Assembly: GCF_004010195.1 (NCBI RefSeq)
Contig: NC_057752.1
Span: 15,581,031-15,645,030 of the forward strand
Direction: 5' to 3'
DNA length: 64,000 nucleotides
Source of the DNA: Chiloscyllium plagiosum
Lineage: Eukaryota
Both the position numbers and the translations under genes were made by a program. Shown one piece after another: positions 63,603 through 64,000 of this stretch. The stretch's first letter is position 1. Each line of letters starts with the position of its first letter. The notes under the pieces are model-generated. The model did no database searches and was not told where the DNA came from. It worked only from the letters and a program-made list of their open reading frames with translations.

Positions 63603-64000
63603 TGTCACTTTAAAAGGCTATGTTGTCGTTGTTTTTTTTTTGAAGAGTGTTCGTAAAGGCAGAGGTCCCGAGGAGTCTGGGGAGTTGAACAGAATAACAA
63701 TGGAAGGGGATCGGCCAGTTCTCCCAGATCAGGCCTTCTCCAGTTTTTCCTTGCTGCAGCATTCACAAGATGTTGGAGTCCGGAAATGTTGCAAGTTTCA
63801 GTAAAGGATTCCACTGACTTTCTCTGAAATTAATCTCTGGATGTTGTTCTCTCCTGCCTGTAAGAATCTGTGTTTCAATTTACCTTTCTGCGTCGGGCCG
63901 TGCTTATGGGATGTTACTGTATTGGAACAGCTGGTTAGTTAAGTTCCTGTTTCGGGTCAGTTAGGTTTGTTATGGACCAAGTCAGACTCCCCTCAAAATA
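63603..64000. mobile_element. LTR cassette upstream of gene B (runs off the window)
   Basis: Homologous to 39982-40375 and 1-370. Confidence 0.7.

Overview
Eukaryotic, repeat-rich DNA, very likely from a cartilaginous fish (shark). This is inferred from HE1-type SINEs with (TAGAT)n tails, abundant CR1 LINEs and the receptor family present. The host content is a tandem and inverted cluster of two-exon class A GPCR genes most similar to GPR139/GPR142. Two genes look intact on the minus strand: join(38465..38399,36337..35460), 314 aa, and join(62037..61971,59617..58728), 318 aa. There are also two plus-strand pseudogenes (20687-22477 and 54350-55095), one orphan first exon (9222-9288), and flank homology predicting another paralog just left of the window. 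The 67-nt first coding exon is not joined in the ORF track and was found by reading the sequence. The rest is layered mobile DNA: Gmr1-type Gypsy elements (integrase upstream of RT) with LTRs, many CR1 LINEs, Tx1-like 3' ends, Penelope-like elements with minimal hammerhead-ribozyme motifs, tRNA-derived SINEs, a decayed retroviral env, and a 717-N assembly gap. TE boundaries are approximate. Family names are from recall, not from a database search.
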